DNA from: Tubulanus polymorphus
Taxonomy: Eukaryota > Animalia > Nemertea
Direction of reading: 5' to 3'
NCBI RefSeq assembly: GCF_964204645.1
Contig: NC_134028.1
Span: forward strand, 7,998,001-8,062,000
Length of the DNA: 64,000 bases
The position numbers were made by a program, and so were the translations under genes. The number at the start of each line of letters is the position of its first letter. Within the stretch, counting starts at the first letter, position 1. The notes beneath the pieces were generated by a model, which had not been told where the DNA came from, did not search any database, and worked only from the letters and a program-made list of their open reading frames with translations. This document shows positions 18,460-31,700 of this stretch, piece by piece.

Positions 18460-21225
18460 TTGATTTGATTTGATTTGAACACTTTATTTTTCAAATATAA
18501 TTTACAGCATAGTGTACAAAGCATAATACAAAATACAGTAAATTAGACCTGGAGGGGCCTGTAGAAACTAAGGAATAGTTTGTATAAAACAGGTCCCTCA
18601 AAAGAGAAAAGAAAAAAAGAGAAATGCAATAAAGAAAATAATATGCTCACAGTCAACCCTTAACACACAAAATGCAATCAAAGTAAACTATGATAACAGC
18701 TTGATTAAGATATAATCATTTAATAAGCCAGTTATTTTCTGAAATATTCCAAAAACAATAATTTTAGTTCGAATAACTGTATGATAAAATCAAGCACAAA
18801 GTTGCTTTCTATAATTTCTTAGGAACAGTTTAGAATTTTCCATGTTTTTTAGATTTTCACTGATGTTATTCCAAAGTAAAGGGCCGGATACTTTTACTGA
18901 AAATTTTCTTCTTAGACTATTGAAAGAAAGTGTTTGTAAATCTTGACGTCGCCGAGTATTGTGACTGTGGATTTGAAAATTTTGGTTCCAATAATTTTCG
19001 AATGATTTCGGTAATTCGGAGTGGACAGATCTGTAGATAAAAGTACCTAGCTGAAGTTTATTAATATCTTTGAGCTTGAGGATATTAAAAGCTTTGAATA
19101 AAGGGTCAGTGTGCGCCAAATAATAGGAATTAGAAATTAGCCTGATAGCTCTTTTTTGCAATACAATTAATGGCTGAAGTTTATTTTCAAAATTTCGTCC
19201 CCAAACTAAGTTACAATACTGGAGGTAAGGATCAATAAGCGACAAATAAAGGGTACGAAGAGAACTCACTGGCAGCTTATGTCTTACTCTATTTATTATA
19301 CCAATGCTTCGAGAAACTTTTTTTTCAACTGATTTTATTTGATCGTCCCAGGTTAAATTTCTGTCAATAAAAACTCCAAGAAAATTTGTGACATTGACTT
19401 GTTTGATCTCTATATTGTTAATTGATATTCTCAAGTTATGTTTCAATAGTTTACCGAACACCATAAATGACGTCTTCTTTACATTTAATGACAGCTTGTT
19501 TGTTTGAAACCAGGTATACAATTTTGATAATTCAATGTTTACTGTACGTACTAATCTGTCTAAATTAATGTCACTATAAAAGGCATTTGTGTCATCGGCA
19601 AACAATATAAGTTTTAACACATTAGAAAATTTAATACAGTCGTTTACATATAATAAAAAAAGCAAGGGACCTAAAATTGAGCCTTGGGGTACTCCAGTTT
19701 TAACGGTACATAACGAGGATTTATAATTTTGAATTTGAACAAATTGTTTTCTATTCTTCAAATAGTCTTCAAACCAGTTGTTAGAGATGCCTCTTATTCC
19801 ATAAAAACATAATTTTCTTAATAAGATTTCGTGATCAACGGTGTCAAAGGCTTTTGATAAATCTAAGAATACCCCAATAGTTGATTTGTTTTCTTCTAAA
19901 TTTTGTGAAATTTCATCAGTTATCAATGTTAAGGCCATGGCAGTTGAATGGTTCTTTCGAAAGCCGAACTGGTTTGGTTGAATGATATGAAACTTGTTAC
20001 AATATTCGGTTAATCGATTATACACTATCTTTTCGAGAATTTTAGAAAAGCAAGGCAGTACGGATATCGGTCTGTAATTATCAAAAGAGTCATTATTGCC
20101 AGCTTTATAGAGTGGACGTATTCGCGCTACCTTCAGTTCAGCCGGCACTATACCGGAATTTAAGCTACAGTTAAATATATGAGTTAGCGGGTATTTTACA
20201 GAATCAATTATTTTCTTAACTACTTTTACAGAGAAACCATCAGCACCAGCGCCTTTGCTGGGTGAGAAATCATTTACAATCTGACTGATTTCATCAGGGT
20301 GGGTCGGGAAAAAGAAAAAGTTTTCATTTACTGGATCTGTCAGATATTCACTGAAGTGGACACCTGTATCTGGTATTTGATTGGCTAGGTTGCTACCAAT
20401 GTTTACAAAGAAAGAATTAAATTCATTAGCGATATTTTCATAGCCGTTTACAACGATACCGTTCCTTTTGAAAGAGCAAGGTAATCTACACCGATCATTA
20501 GAAGATTTTCCAATTAGACTGTTTAAGATATTCCATGATTTTTTCATGTCGGATTTGGCTGCAAGTAATTTAGTCTCATAATACTTTTTCTCGGCATATT
20601 TGAGTGTACGAGACAAGGTACGTTTGTAATTCAAATAATTTTTCAAATGTGATCTATTACGCAAAGATTTTCTGTACAAGCGATTTTTGTGTTTAATACA
20701 TTTCAATAATCCAGATGATAACCACGGTTTATGTAATTTATTTTCGTTTATTTTACGGGGAGTTGAAAAAGGAAAACATTCATTATATAATTCCATGAAT
20801 TTAGTGTTAAATGCGCTGTATGAGAGTTGCGGGTCTGCATTACTATAGATATCCGACCAATCAGTGGCCAGAAGAGCTCTATTGAATTTTGAAATGTTAC
20901 GTTCACAATAGTTTCTGTTCGAAGTCACCTCTTGGTCAATTTTGGGCTCAACGTGATTACAGACAGTAAAAATAGGAAAATGATCCGAAATATCGGTACA
21001 AATAATACCCGTACTAAACACATGGCGAATATCGTTACAAAAAATATTATCTATAAGCGTCGAGGATGTGGGAGTGATTCTTGTGGGTTTATCAACTAAT
21101 GGAATGAACCCAAATGAAGTCATATTTTCTAAATAGTTATCAGTTGGTCTGTGGGCGTTAACTTGTAGTAAATCGATATTGAAATCGCCCATAAGATAGC
21201 ATACTTTGTCTTCTCTATTAATGTT
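18460..21225 (-). mobile_element. 5'-truncated CR1/L2-group (Crack/Daphne-like) LINE
   Basis: Begins inside the APE domain (GDFNID..PTRIT..SDHFP); 3' UTR ends AATAAAgtgt(TCAAA)n at 18460-18490. Confidence 0.93.
18790..21192 (-). CDS. LINE ORF2 (partial endonuclease + reverse transcriptase), 800 uninterrupted codons
   Basis: NYRPIS, QFGFR, FLDLSKAFDTVDH, GVPQGSILGPLLF, LFADDT, FLGV motifs. Confidence 0.95.
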   Translation of the reverse strand: MGDFNIDLLQVNAHRPTDNYLENMTSFGFIPLVDKPTRITPTSSTLIDNIFCNDIRHVFSTGIICTDISDHFPIFTVCNHVEPKIDQEVTSNRNYCERNISKFNRALLATDWSDIYSNADPQLSYSAFNTKFMELYNECFPFSTPRKINENKLHKPWLSSGLLKCIKHKNRLYRKSLRNRSHLKNYLNYKRTLSRTLKYAEKKYYETKLLAAKSDMKKSWNILNSLIGKSSNDRCRLPCSFKRNGIVVNGYENIANEFNSFFVNIGSNLANQIPDTGVHFSEYLTDPVNENFFFFPTHPDEISQIVNDFSPSKGAGADGFSVKVVKKIIDSVKYPLTHIFNCSLNSGIVPAELKVARIRPLYKAGNNDSFDNYRPISVLPCFSKILEKIVYNRLTEYCNKFHIIQPNQFGFRKNHSTAMALTLITDEISQNLEENKSTIGVFLDLSKAFDTVDHEILLRKLCFYGIRGISNNWFEDYLKNRKQFVQIQNYKSSLCTVKTGVPQGSILGPLLFLLYVNDCIKFSNVLKLILFADDTNAFYSDINLDRLVRTVNIELSKLYTWFQTNKLSLNVKKTSFMVFGKLLKHNLRISINNIEIKQVNVTNFLGVFIDRNLTWDDQIKSVEKKVSRSIGIINRVRHKLPVSSLRTLYLSLIDPYLQYCNLVWGRNFENKLQPLIVLQKRAIRLISNSYYLAHTDPLFKAFNILKLKDINKLQLGTFIYRSVHSELPKSFENYWNQNFQIHSHNTRRRQDLQTLSFNSLRRKFSVKVSGPLLWNNISENLKNMENSKLFLRNYRKQLCA

Positions 21226-22830
21226 TATGGTTCATGATTCATGAAAAAAAATCAATGCTCCCCCATATATTATTATTCACTAGTGAAATTAGGTCTATTC
21301 AAATCCTTTTCATTTACAATTTACAATCTATTATGACTTAAGAAATCAATACATCGACACAATTTTGTGATAATGCACTATTATGAAAATAGAATAGAAT
21401 AGAATGAAAATAGAATAGACCGATTATTGAATTCGTTCCTGCTGTTTCGAAAAATGAAAATTGAAGTATTTTATGAAAGATCGAAATATTCGTACTGGAT
21501 AAAACGAGGTTACAGATAATTGAAATTTAAAAAAAAATAAATCAGTACTTTGCACGAAAAATTACCCATGTAAAAACTAAACTACGCACGTTGGCGGATC
21601 CAGCGGGGACGTACTCGGCGTGTGCCCCCCCCCCCCTATTTTTGCCAAGCAAATTTTTTTCAAGCCAATGTATATTAAATAATCCGCCCCTAATTCACTG
21701 ATAGTAACTATACAATAAAGATAAAAATCACTAGATCCTGCTCCGGTGCCAAAGTCAATTTTACTGAAATTTCGAAATCTGAACTACACGAAAGCTTGCG
21801 TATGTTAGATCGGCGTTATTCGAAAATCGGAAGGAATATCTAGGCTCAAAATTGTCCAGTTCATTGTCCTATTAAAATCTATCTTTAAGCCAGATCAACT
21901 TCTCGTCTGCCTACATCGGGACAGACATTCCAAAAAGTCTAGACGATTAGCGTACATTTCATGTGTTGGCCGCGTTGTTGATTCATTACTTAGAAAGAAA
22001 AAAGTAAACTGACTCAGAACCATGAGCCGAAAAGTCGGAAATTTATCAAAAGGAGTCGCGTAACAGTGTCACGTAGTGTGTCTGGATCAGTTAGTTTTCC
22101 TCCTAGAATGTTGTTCTATAGGGAGAGTCACCTTCTCTGTGCAAAGTAAGTTCAATTTGCAGTTTTGACAATTTTTCAGTTGATATCCCTTAATCAGACT
22201 TTTTCTTAGCCATACAATTTTGGAGTCTCTCAACCTATCCAATTACGCAAGTAGTGTCGCTCTATTTCTACTAGGGTCAAAATTAATTCAGATCTACGGA
22301 TTTGGAATCATCATATTTCGGCGAGGAGCCATAGTTTGACTTTCCTAGAGCCCATCCACGTAGTTCACCAACGTGCACTGAAAGCTTGCGTGAAATAGCA
22401 GTGAAATAAACAATTTTGGTTTGAAAATTTGATTCATTTAAACTACAAGTCCGTTATTAAATAGAGTACTAGTTATATGGAACCTTTTTCTGATAATGCG
22501 TGCCTATTCATTTATCGCGACCAGAGTAATTACAGGCTAGTTGTTGAAATTGTCCTCCTGGATCATAGTTGTGGGTTAGAGTTAACTCTTAAGATTAGTT
22601 CATTTTCACTGTTTTAACTCACGACTGTGGAACCGGGCCCCTGTAGTCTTGATGTTAGTTTGGCTGCGTCTGCTTTATCTATGGTGTGTTTCTGTTTCTC
22701 CTCTTTCATTTTTTCGCAATAAGTATGCCTTTCGGACAATCTGGATGAGAATGTTTTAAGACTTCGGTGTGGGCTTAGTCATCATGTCCATAAACGTACG
22801 CTGGCAAGCAAGGTTAATGGCTGTGCCAGT

Positions 22831-23237
22831 AGGCGCTTTTACGAAATTGAATCTGATTCGGTTTAGCTAAATCCGATTCGATGTCGGAAAACAAAAGGTT
22901 TAGTAAATCGAATCGTTTTTCGTAAATGAGTCGAATCAATTTATCAATTTAAAGGTCGGAATTCAAAAGAAAATGGGCGTCAATGGTGACCGAATTATTG
23001 ATAGATGATGGTCTGCGATAGATGTCTTATGCCCGCGGTCGAAGAGGACGCCATGTTGGATTTCACTGACTAAATCGCCACTAACTTGCTCGCCGAGCAA
23101 GTTAGTCGATTTAATAAATCAGTTTGGCTAAACCGCGTCCATAAACGAGTTGATTTACCAAATCTGATTCACTAAACCGCGTGCCGAAACGTGAAACTTA
23201 AATCGATTTACAAAGATTCAGTTTCGTAAAAGCGCCT
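22831..23237. mobile_element. MITE with terminal inverted repeats
   Basis: aggcgcttttacgaaa(t)tgaatct ... agattcagtttcgtaaaagcgcct, with AGT on both sides (alternatively a TA TSD). Confidence 0.85.
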
Positions 23238-23401
23238 AGTGCTATCCGTATTTTACTTATTCTTCGCAAAACTGTTGACTTCCGCTGTAATAAATTGTTG
23301 TATATCCAAGATGGACGTCCATCACCAAAACAAATAAAATTTTTGAGATAAATATTGGGTTTGCTAACTTCGCGTCATTTTACTAGTTATTTCTTCGAAC
23401 A

Positions 23402-26400
23402 ATGAATGTAGAATTACAACAGATGAGCAGGTCTTCGGTCCACAACAAAGTCGGCAGACAAATCGAAGAAAAAAGCCAAACAATCAAAGCGAAATCAACG
23501 GTTTCTCTTCAGAAAAAACTAAAAAATGTCCAAACTGCACCCGCCGGAGCGCCAACTTCTACCACTACTACGAAAGGAAAGAAATTGTCGAGCAATGGTA
23601 GCAGAACTACGCGTTCATCAGCTATTCGTAGTCAAACATCAGCTGGTACAGTTAAAACAACAAGGTACTGCATATGAAATTAAAAATATTTGCAAGATGT
23701 TCGCCTTATAGGCTAGCAGAGCTGCCATGCAGGAAAGAGTGATATCTGATATTCTGATACAACTTCAAATAGCCTATATAAAATCAGTGGCGGATCCAGG
23801 GGCATTTTGAGACTTGTACAAGTCCATCAAATCCATGTTTTCATAGGCCCATCATATTATATACGCTTACCACCACAGATTAGGTACCGGTAACTAGCTA
23901 GGCTTATACCAACTTATGGTTTGTGAAAATTTCTGATCGTAAATCGAAACCACAGACAGGTTACTGACTAGTGGTAGTATAATAATTAATATATCCAACC
24001 TGACTACGGTTCCAGTTAACAATCCGAGAGTACCCCCGTAATTGTTAGTACTCTATTTCAAGAGCTCAATTTATTCTAAAATTATCAAAGTATGCTATAA
24101 AAATCAAAACGGTACATTTTGAATTTTACAGACAGTCGAGCGCTAGAAGGCCGTCGTCTAATAAGAAGAAAATGGACTCACCGCTGCCGAGTGTGAACGG
24201 AGAAATTGACACCGATGATGACATATTATTCATAAACATTCCGAGTGAAAATGAAAAAACCGAAAATGATGAAAAACATTCGAGAAAACAGATTTCACCG
24301 GACGATATTGTAAGCAGTTTCCGCAGCGATTGTTTTCTGTCTCATCGCTGCTCTGATTCTGTAATTGAGAAAAGTTACACATGTGTACCGGTACTCTTTT
24401 CAGTTGAAAAATGCTCAAGAAACTAACCCGAAACGAGTGTATGAAATAATCCTTCACGCTGGAAATATTGATCGAATTTGCCGCTTAGAAACAGTAAGTG
24501 TTATATCCTAGAATTAACTCTGCCTGCCAAACCGTGCTGGTACAGTTGGCTTGTTTCTAAACTCCAATGATAATAGATGGCGAATCAATCGCACAACACC
24601 TTGTGCTACTGAAAGCAGATTACTGTCAAAAGCCTGAAAGGGCATATTTCCTGCAAAATACCCCCCCTCCTCGCACTGGTGTATCAATCGTTTCAAAAAT
24701 ACAGAAAATTTAAGCTTAATTTTGTAGTAATCAATTTTTCACATTAGCTGAATTTATTCAAAAGTAATTTATAGCATTAGGTTAGTAGAATATTGATATC
24801 CGCTGTGGTAGGAACAGGTATTCTATAAGGGCTCGCTGATTTTCAAATGGGTGGATGTAAAATGAAAGCCCTCTAAAACCTGTTGTGAAGAACTCTGCAA
24901 TCTGGAGTGCGGTTTATTGATGATCAGAAATTGTGATTAAGTAATGAATGGCTGAGGTGGATCAAGACAGCAGATCAATACCGGCATTTTTGGAAACTCT
25001 AGAGGATGCTCGATGGCGCCGGTGTAGCATTGTCATTATCATCTCAGCTTGTATCACGATTATCGTTTCAGTTTACATCATGTCGCGTGTTGGATCTTTC
25101 CTGTAACTACATCAAGAAAATGGAGAATTTAGAACAACTTAGTGATCTACGAGAATTGAAAGTTTACGACAATAAGATCGCACAATTAGAAAATCTTGAT
25201 TGGTAAGTTACTAATTGAATTTGACCTCACTTAATACAGGTCAGTTGATTCGTGATTTTGAACTGACTGGACTTTCTACACAGTCCATCCGTACGTCAAT
25301 GCATGTAAATTGTGATGTTTTGTTTTCATCCGGCGTTCTCATAAATCAGATTAATCTAAATAGAGCCCAAATAGGATGTACTTACTATCTGGGGCCTGAT
25401 AAAGCAAAAAAATCTTTAAAAAATTATCTTGTGAAATTCTTAAAAATATTTCTTGCGTACTGTTGGAATTTCAAAATTATGGGGGTAGTAAGTCTCAATA
25501 TAAAAATCCTGCTAAATTTCAAGATTTCGCAAACTGCTAATAATGTTATGCTTTAAATCCTTTTCAGTTTGAAGGAACTGTGCAACCTACAATTACAGCA
25601 TAATCTGATAAAGAATATTGGTACGTTATCTTCATTCCTTAACGCTGTGTATGAATAACCAGCTCCCTTTAAGTAAAGCTGCCTCCATAAACCCCTTATG
25701 ACATCGCCTGTCCCAATATGTGTATTGACACAGTCAAACATTGTCCTCTGGAAAGACTTAGCTACACAATTCATAAATAATTTTAAGTATATCTGCAATT
25801 TGCGATAATGTTTGCCAAACTGAAACAGGCCTTTGTTGTTTTGCCATTGTTCTATCATACTTTTGTAACACTTATTGTTTTATTTGCTCTGTTGGGCAAT
25901 GAGAAATTATTGAATATTGGCGGACACTCTTTTCCTAAAGAATCTATTCCTTACTTGATTTGGCAGCTTTAAATATTTCATATATTGTAGGTAAAGGATT
26001 AATGAATCTGAAAAAGTTGAAACAGTTGAGACTGGATTATAACAACTTGATTAAGATGGAACCCACCGAACTCGCCTCCTGTTCGATGATTACGTATTTA
26101 AACATCAGTCATAACAGACTGGATAATTTAGCGGTAAGTCCCATAGAAAATCATGGCCTAATCTTTGAAATGTTTGCTAACGGAGGATTAGATTATCGTA
26201 TTTGTCTTATTTTTAAGGCCGTTAATTGTTTGTCGAATCTAGAAGAACTTCACGCATCTGATAACAGAATAAGAGTGGTCACAGATTTAAAACGGTGTAA
26301 AAAGGTAAATCAACTTACTGACTGGTGTAGACTCAGGCTAATATCCGGTCAGTAAACTTCTATCGAGTTTGCCAAAATTTGATAGTTTTGGCAAATGCAG

Positions 26401-28769
26401 TAAACTTCAGCAAAAACTTCCATTTAGCCAAAATCTGAGTAGAAGATTGAAAATACAGTGGAACTGGCTTAATTTGGATTTTTCAATCCTGATTTTCACT
26501 TCCATTTAAGCTGGAACCATGTAAACTTTTATTCATAAATCAGATTTTACATAATTCGAAAAAAAAATCTGGGCAGCCGCTAGTAATCTGAATTAAGTGA
26601 GTAGAAAATTGTATACATTTGACTCTTTTTGATATACAGCTTCAAGAGTTGAATCTGTCCAGAAATAAGATCGCTGATATATCGGGTCTGAAAGACCTCC
26701 CAAAACTTATGGTAAAGTAAAATTTGTTTTTGTAATTTCTAATTTGTCTCATAGATGGCAGCGCATATCTCCACTGTGTTGTTTCTATCTCCAGGTGCTT
26801 GATGTTTCTCACAATCAACTATTCAATACAAAAACCGTAGGAAAATCTAAGTAAGTTCACTGAACGCTAATCGTATACATAAACCTAAAAAATCGGAAAA
26901 TCAAGAGTTTATCTAAGAATTAGGAAAAATATTATCTTTTTTTTCCAGAAATTTACACGAACTGAATATTTCTGACAACTTGCTGACAGAAATGGTTGTA
27001 TTGGCTCGTACTTGTCCGAATTTAGAAATCCTCAACGTCAAGAACAACAATTTACATTCGTTGGAAGATCTGGTAGGTCTGCAAGATTATTAAGATACAA
27101 CCCTTTTCAATTGAGCTCCTATTGGAGACTACTCTTTGCTGTATTATGTTTCTGTTATCGCAGAGACAGAGAAATTGTCAGAACTTGCAAATGCAGCAAT
27201 CTAAAGAAAAAGTAATTGAATGTATGTCTTGTTTGTATATTTTCAGGTCGAGCTGGAATCGTTGTCGGAACTAGTTGAGCTATTCATCAATGGCAATCCG
27301 TTTTGTCGGTCGGCTGATCAACAAAAATCCGTCCATGATTTCATCATCAAATTCATTCCTAACCTGGAAATATTAGACGGAGTAAGTATGCAATGAATGC
27401 ATCCAGAACGTTTATGGAATTTAGAATTTCTTGTCATTAATTCTTCTAGAAAATCTATACCGGTAGATCAATCTTTTTAATCAAACTAACGTTAGGGGTC
27501 GGTTTTATAGGCCAGAATAGTTGAACCTCATGACAACGGACTTCACAGGACTTTGAATTCTTATGTTTCATAGCTTATAGTTTGTTATATCCAGTTTGAA
27601 AATTTGTTCGGCTTGAGTGATATCCAAGTATGTTCATTAACCTGGGGGGTCTATAAAACTGGGCCAGGGGACTTGAAAATCTGTTCATTATGAAGAATAT
27701 TTCATTACCGTAATATATTCGTTACGATAAGAAGAATTTCTTACTACATCGGTTCGTTTTATCTGAATTCGTTTTTAGTGTAAAACAAGATTCTACATAA
27801 TTTTCAGGCTCATGTTAAACGGATTACGAGTAAAAGCGCGCCATTAATGAGACCTATGTCAGCGTCTACTGGTTGGTAGCATTGACTGATTTATATCACT
27901 TGTGAATTGATAACCGTTGATGTATGTCTATTTATGTAAGGTGTAAATATTTACTTTTAGTGGTGAGTTCTCGACAAGTTGAAACTCAAATCAAAAGCCT
28001 CCAGTGTGAAATATCAGCATTTGAATTCGATCTGTCCAAAAGGTAAATATGATAATAATAACAAGGTGGCCACTTAAGAAATGAGAGAATTTTCTTCTCT
28101 TAAAAAAGTTAGGGAATTTTGTAGAATTGCTAAAATCAAGAAAAAGTCAGGGAAACTTCATGAGATGTTTAGATTGCGCAAAAAATCAAACAGTTCCCGT
28201 GTTTTATTACATATTTAATTTGTATTAATTGTTTGGATACTTAGCAGATTGAGTCAGGGGAAACGACATGCATCTCAGGCAATAGTCTGGGAAAAGGAAA
28301 AGCTAGGCCCCCTTTTATTATGAAAGTGTCATAGGGGACTGCATGATGTCATCATCATTTTTTCATCTGTGTCTGTTTTCAGATTTGCATCATTACGATC
28401 GACGATGAACGATTTGCCAGAAGAATCGCGGACCGATCAACAAACGCCGGGAGGTGTTGCGCAGAGTAGACCTACATCTAGTCGACCTGTCAGTAGATGT
28501 AGCGCGTAAGTATCAAATAAAGGTTGACCAAAAAAATGCTAAAAAGCTTTGAAAAATTGTTGATGATAATCAAATCAAGGTTTTAATCAAGGTTTCAACC
28601 AGTTAGAATTATTTCTGATATGCTGTTGACATTTCCAATTCAAGCCAGCGAAATGCATTCTAAAGGCCAAGTTTGTTGAGGGGTTTGCGAGTCATAGACT
28701 TTTTACGAATTTTTCAGGAGATCGAGACTTCAGTTAGCAAAGGAATTTGCTGAGCATCAGGATTTATGA
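23402..28769 (+). CDS. SDS22/PPP1R7-like leucine-rich-repeat protein, about 14 coding exons
   Basis: Exons about 23402-23664, 24132-24493, 25072-25202 (CRVLDLSCNYIKKMENLEQLSDLRELKVYDNKI), 25569-25621, 25991-26133 (LKKLKQLRLDYNNL), 26218-26304 (LEELHASDNRI), 26640-26711, 26795-26850, 26949-27072, 27247-27381 (LFINGNPFC..LEILDG, LRRcap), 27808-27871, 27961-28022, 28383-28505, 28718-28769 (stop). AATAAA at about 28976. Probable non-coding first exon ending at 22145. Confidence 0.88.
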
Positions 28770-31700
28770 GATCAGTTCTTCGCAGCGCTGACGTGTTAAT
28801 GATGAATACTGAACTGTGATTAGATGTGCAAGAATTCCGTCCTTTCTTTAAAAGCTTAAGTTATCCGTATCATTCTGTGTATTTTGATTTATCACATGGA
28901 AATAACTGATTTATTTCATTTTATGTATCGTTTATTGTATTTTCATGAGATGTTATGTATATTATAAAAAAGCGGAATAAAAACAAGCAAAAATATATTA
29001 TTTCAATTTCTCTTGCTTCCAGTTAACGATTAGTCTAGTACCCGTAAAAACGTATGGTATCCAGGACCCAGTTCCTCAGTTCTGAGTTAAATTTGACATT
29101 GAAAATGAACTGATTTCAACGCGAGTTAACTCTGAATTAAGCGATTAAACTTGGAAGGATTATCACCGAGGGTTGCTAGCATTCCGCTGATGATGTAGCT
29201 GCACGCGGTTTCACTACAAGTAAACAACAACATGAACTTATGTCCCTCAGTTCAGCTACCATACACAGCCACATACACCTGTAGACTCCTTCCTCCCTAC
29301 GTCCCACCTACTACGCTTTTCAGTTAGTTTTGAGCTCGAGGAATTTATCGGTTAGTACTACCGCGAGGCAACGATGCCGCTGCGATCGCCTACAGCACTT
29401 TTCCCGCCATAAATGGGGAGACTGGAGTTCTCAACACCCGACGAGAGAATGAGTAACAACAGCTCGGAAAGATCGGGGAGCTGATGAGTCCGTATCGATT
29501 CCGTTCTGATTAATACTAGAACGAAGAAGGCCTACTAGGCACTAGAAACTAGAGCTACATTGAATCCCACCACACCCAACGCTCTAGGTACGAGACTAGC
29601 CCGAAAAATTAATCGTCTTTTCAAAAGTTCATTTAAGATTATCTTAAAAATTGCACATAGTGGGTGTTTTCTTTTGTATAGCGAATATATAGCCATATAC
29701 ATTTAAGTATGAGAATCGTAAAATCTTTTAAAACAATTTTCGTCACTCAAGGCAGGCATTTTCAAAATTTTTTTTTCAAAATTTAGTGAAAATTCCAGGA
29801 ATATAGCCTACATATTTGTTTTTTCGAAATTGATATGGGTCTATAGAGTGACAATTCGTGGATAAATTCCCGCTGGAATTTCTGGACTGTAACTCTATGA
29901 TTGGGATTTGCGACAAAGTTTGTAGGTGTTTATTCCAAGTTTCTTTATCCCAAATAACGATCGGAACCTGTTTTCAAGATCCAACAAGCCGGCAAATGAA
30001 ATCACTGTATTCAAACGACGTAAAGCAAAACGAACAAACGAAAACTACGTAACTGCGACCCGCATTTCGCATGTTACGTGACCTCATTTCCATCGACATG
30101 CGCATGTACGTCTGAGAATTCACTCTCGTCTGCAAGTTTTCTTTGTACCGTCAGTATGTTCATTACGAGCCACCGTACGATACGGCCTAGTTCTACATCG
30201 GCTGCTGATGATGCTGCTATACCACCAGTACACAACCAGTACCCAATAGTATAGTCATATATACCAAATATGGTATCAAATGAGCGATTTACCGACGACA
30301 AGGAAGTTGAAATTTAATTGAATAATTGAAGATCTTTACTATGATAAAAACACCCGGAATCTATTGAGCGAAGAATACACATCCATCGGCATTTCGAGTC
30401 TTAGATTAAAGCGATGACATTACATTTTTCAAAATGCGACTCTCTTTCAGAATTCCCTCTGTCATAAGAGACGCGACACAAAATGTAACGCGGACACATG
30501 ATTGCTTGCTGGGCTTCCGCTTGAGGGGCACGGTTCAGAAAATTAGAGGAACAAAAATACGAGGATCAAAAAGTCTTGATCTGTCCTTTGATGATTAGGT
30601 TGACAATTTCCAGTTACTTCAACGAATCAAAGAGGTAGATATAGAATATGAAATAGACGCCACACCAAAGCAATTTATTTTAATGTTCTCTCCAAATTCT
30701 CCGTTAACTGGGTCTCGACTCACGGAATATAGGTAAAACACGTACATTTATTTCGCTTATGAGATTAATCCTAGTATACAAATGAATTTTGTGCTTTTCC
30801 CTAGAATATACGAAAATAAATACCCCAGAATATTCGAAAATAAGTAAATACCAAACAAATGATTTTTACGTAAAAATAGAAGGTAACAGGTTTTTTTGTG
30901 ACTCTGTGTCATCAGGAAGGGGCTTTTTCGAAAAGAGCACTCGACCATAAAAGAAGACCCCACCTGTATCCAAGCCTGGTTGCGCTGCTATACAGTCGAT
31001 GAAAACTTCTTTTCCGCACCAGATATCCAGATGAATGAAAAATGATTTTAAAGATACGCATGCAATCATCCTAGAATCAAAAGTTGCCAAACTAATAGAA
31101 ATATGTTTATATTATACATTTTAATATCCTGTTTGACACTTCTCACAAATACGGGCGCATTGAGGATGTCGGTTTTCTTATCTCTGTGCATCTATTACCT
31201 ACGTATTGGACCCTCCACGTCCACGCTTATTTCATAGATCAATCGTCACTGAAAATATTTAAAATTTATCGTATATCATTATCTATCGACGTTGTTTGTA
31301 AAATCTTCGTTTGCGATCGGAAAGCGCGCGAGGTTGAAATTCGCGTAGCATTCTTCATACAGCCGCACAACACAACTCTCTACACTCGCAGTGGAAAGCA
31401 TCCAAAGGGCCGTCTATCATACCATATCAGTACAAATATATCACCCACAACACAACTCACTCTTACTAGAACATAACAGTGAATGCTTGTAAATCATGAA
31501 TGGATTTTCGCATTTTCTCAATGAGAAAACTGTGCGCTATTAAATGTTTTTTGAAAGCATTACGTAACCGTTGGAATAATGACAGACGATAACTTCGGAC
31601 ACGGAGTAGAGCTGACTCATGTGGACTCGAATCCGTGAATGAACCGTGCCTGAAATTAATACGCGTAGAAATTACAACTTTCCAAAATGGGTAGCTTTAG

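Noticed and set aside
29475-29530. CTGATGAGTCC resembling a hammerhead ribozyme core
   Set aside because: No matching stem II closure and GAAA, and no cleavage-site helix found.
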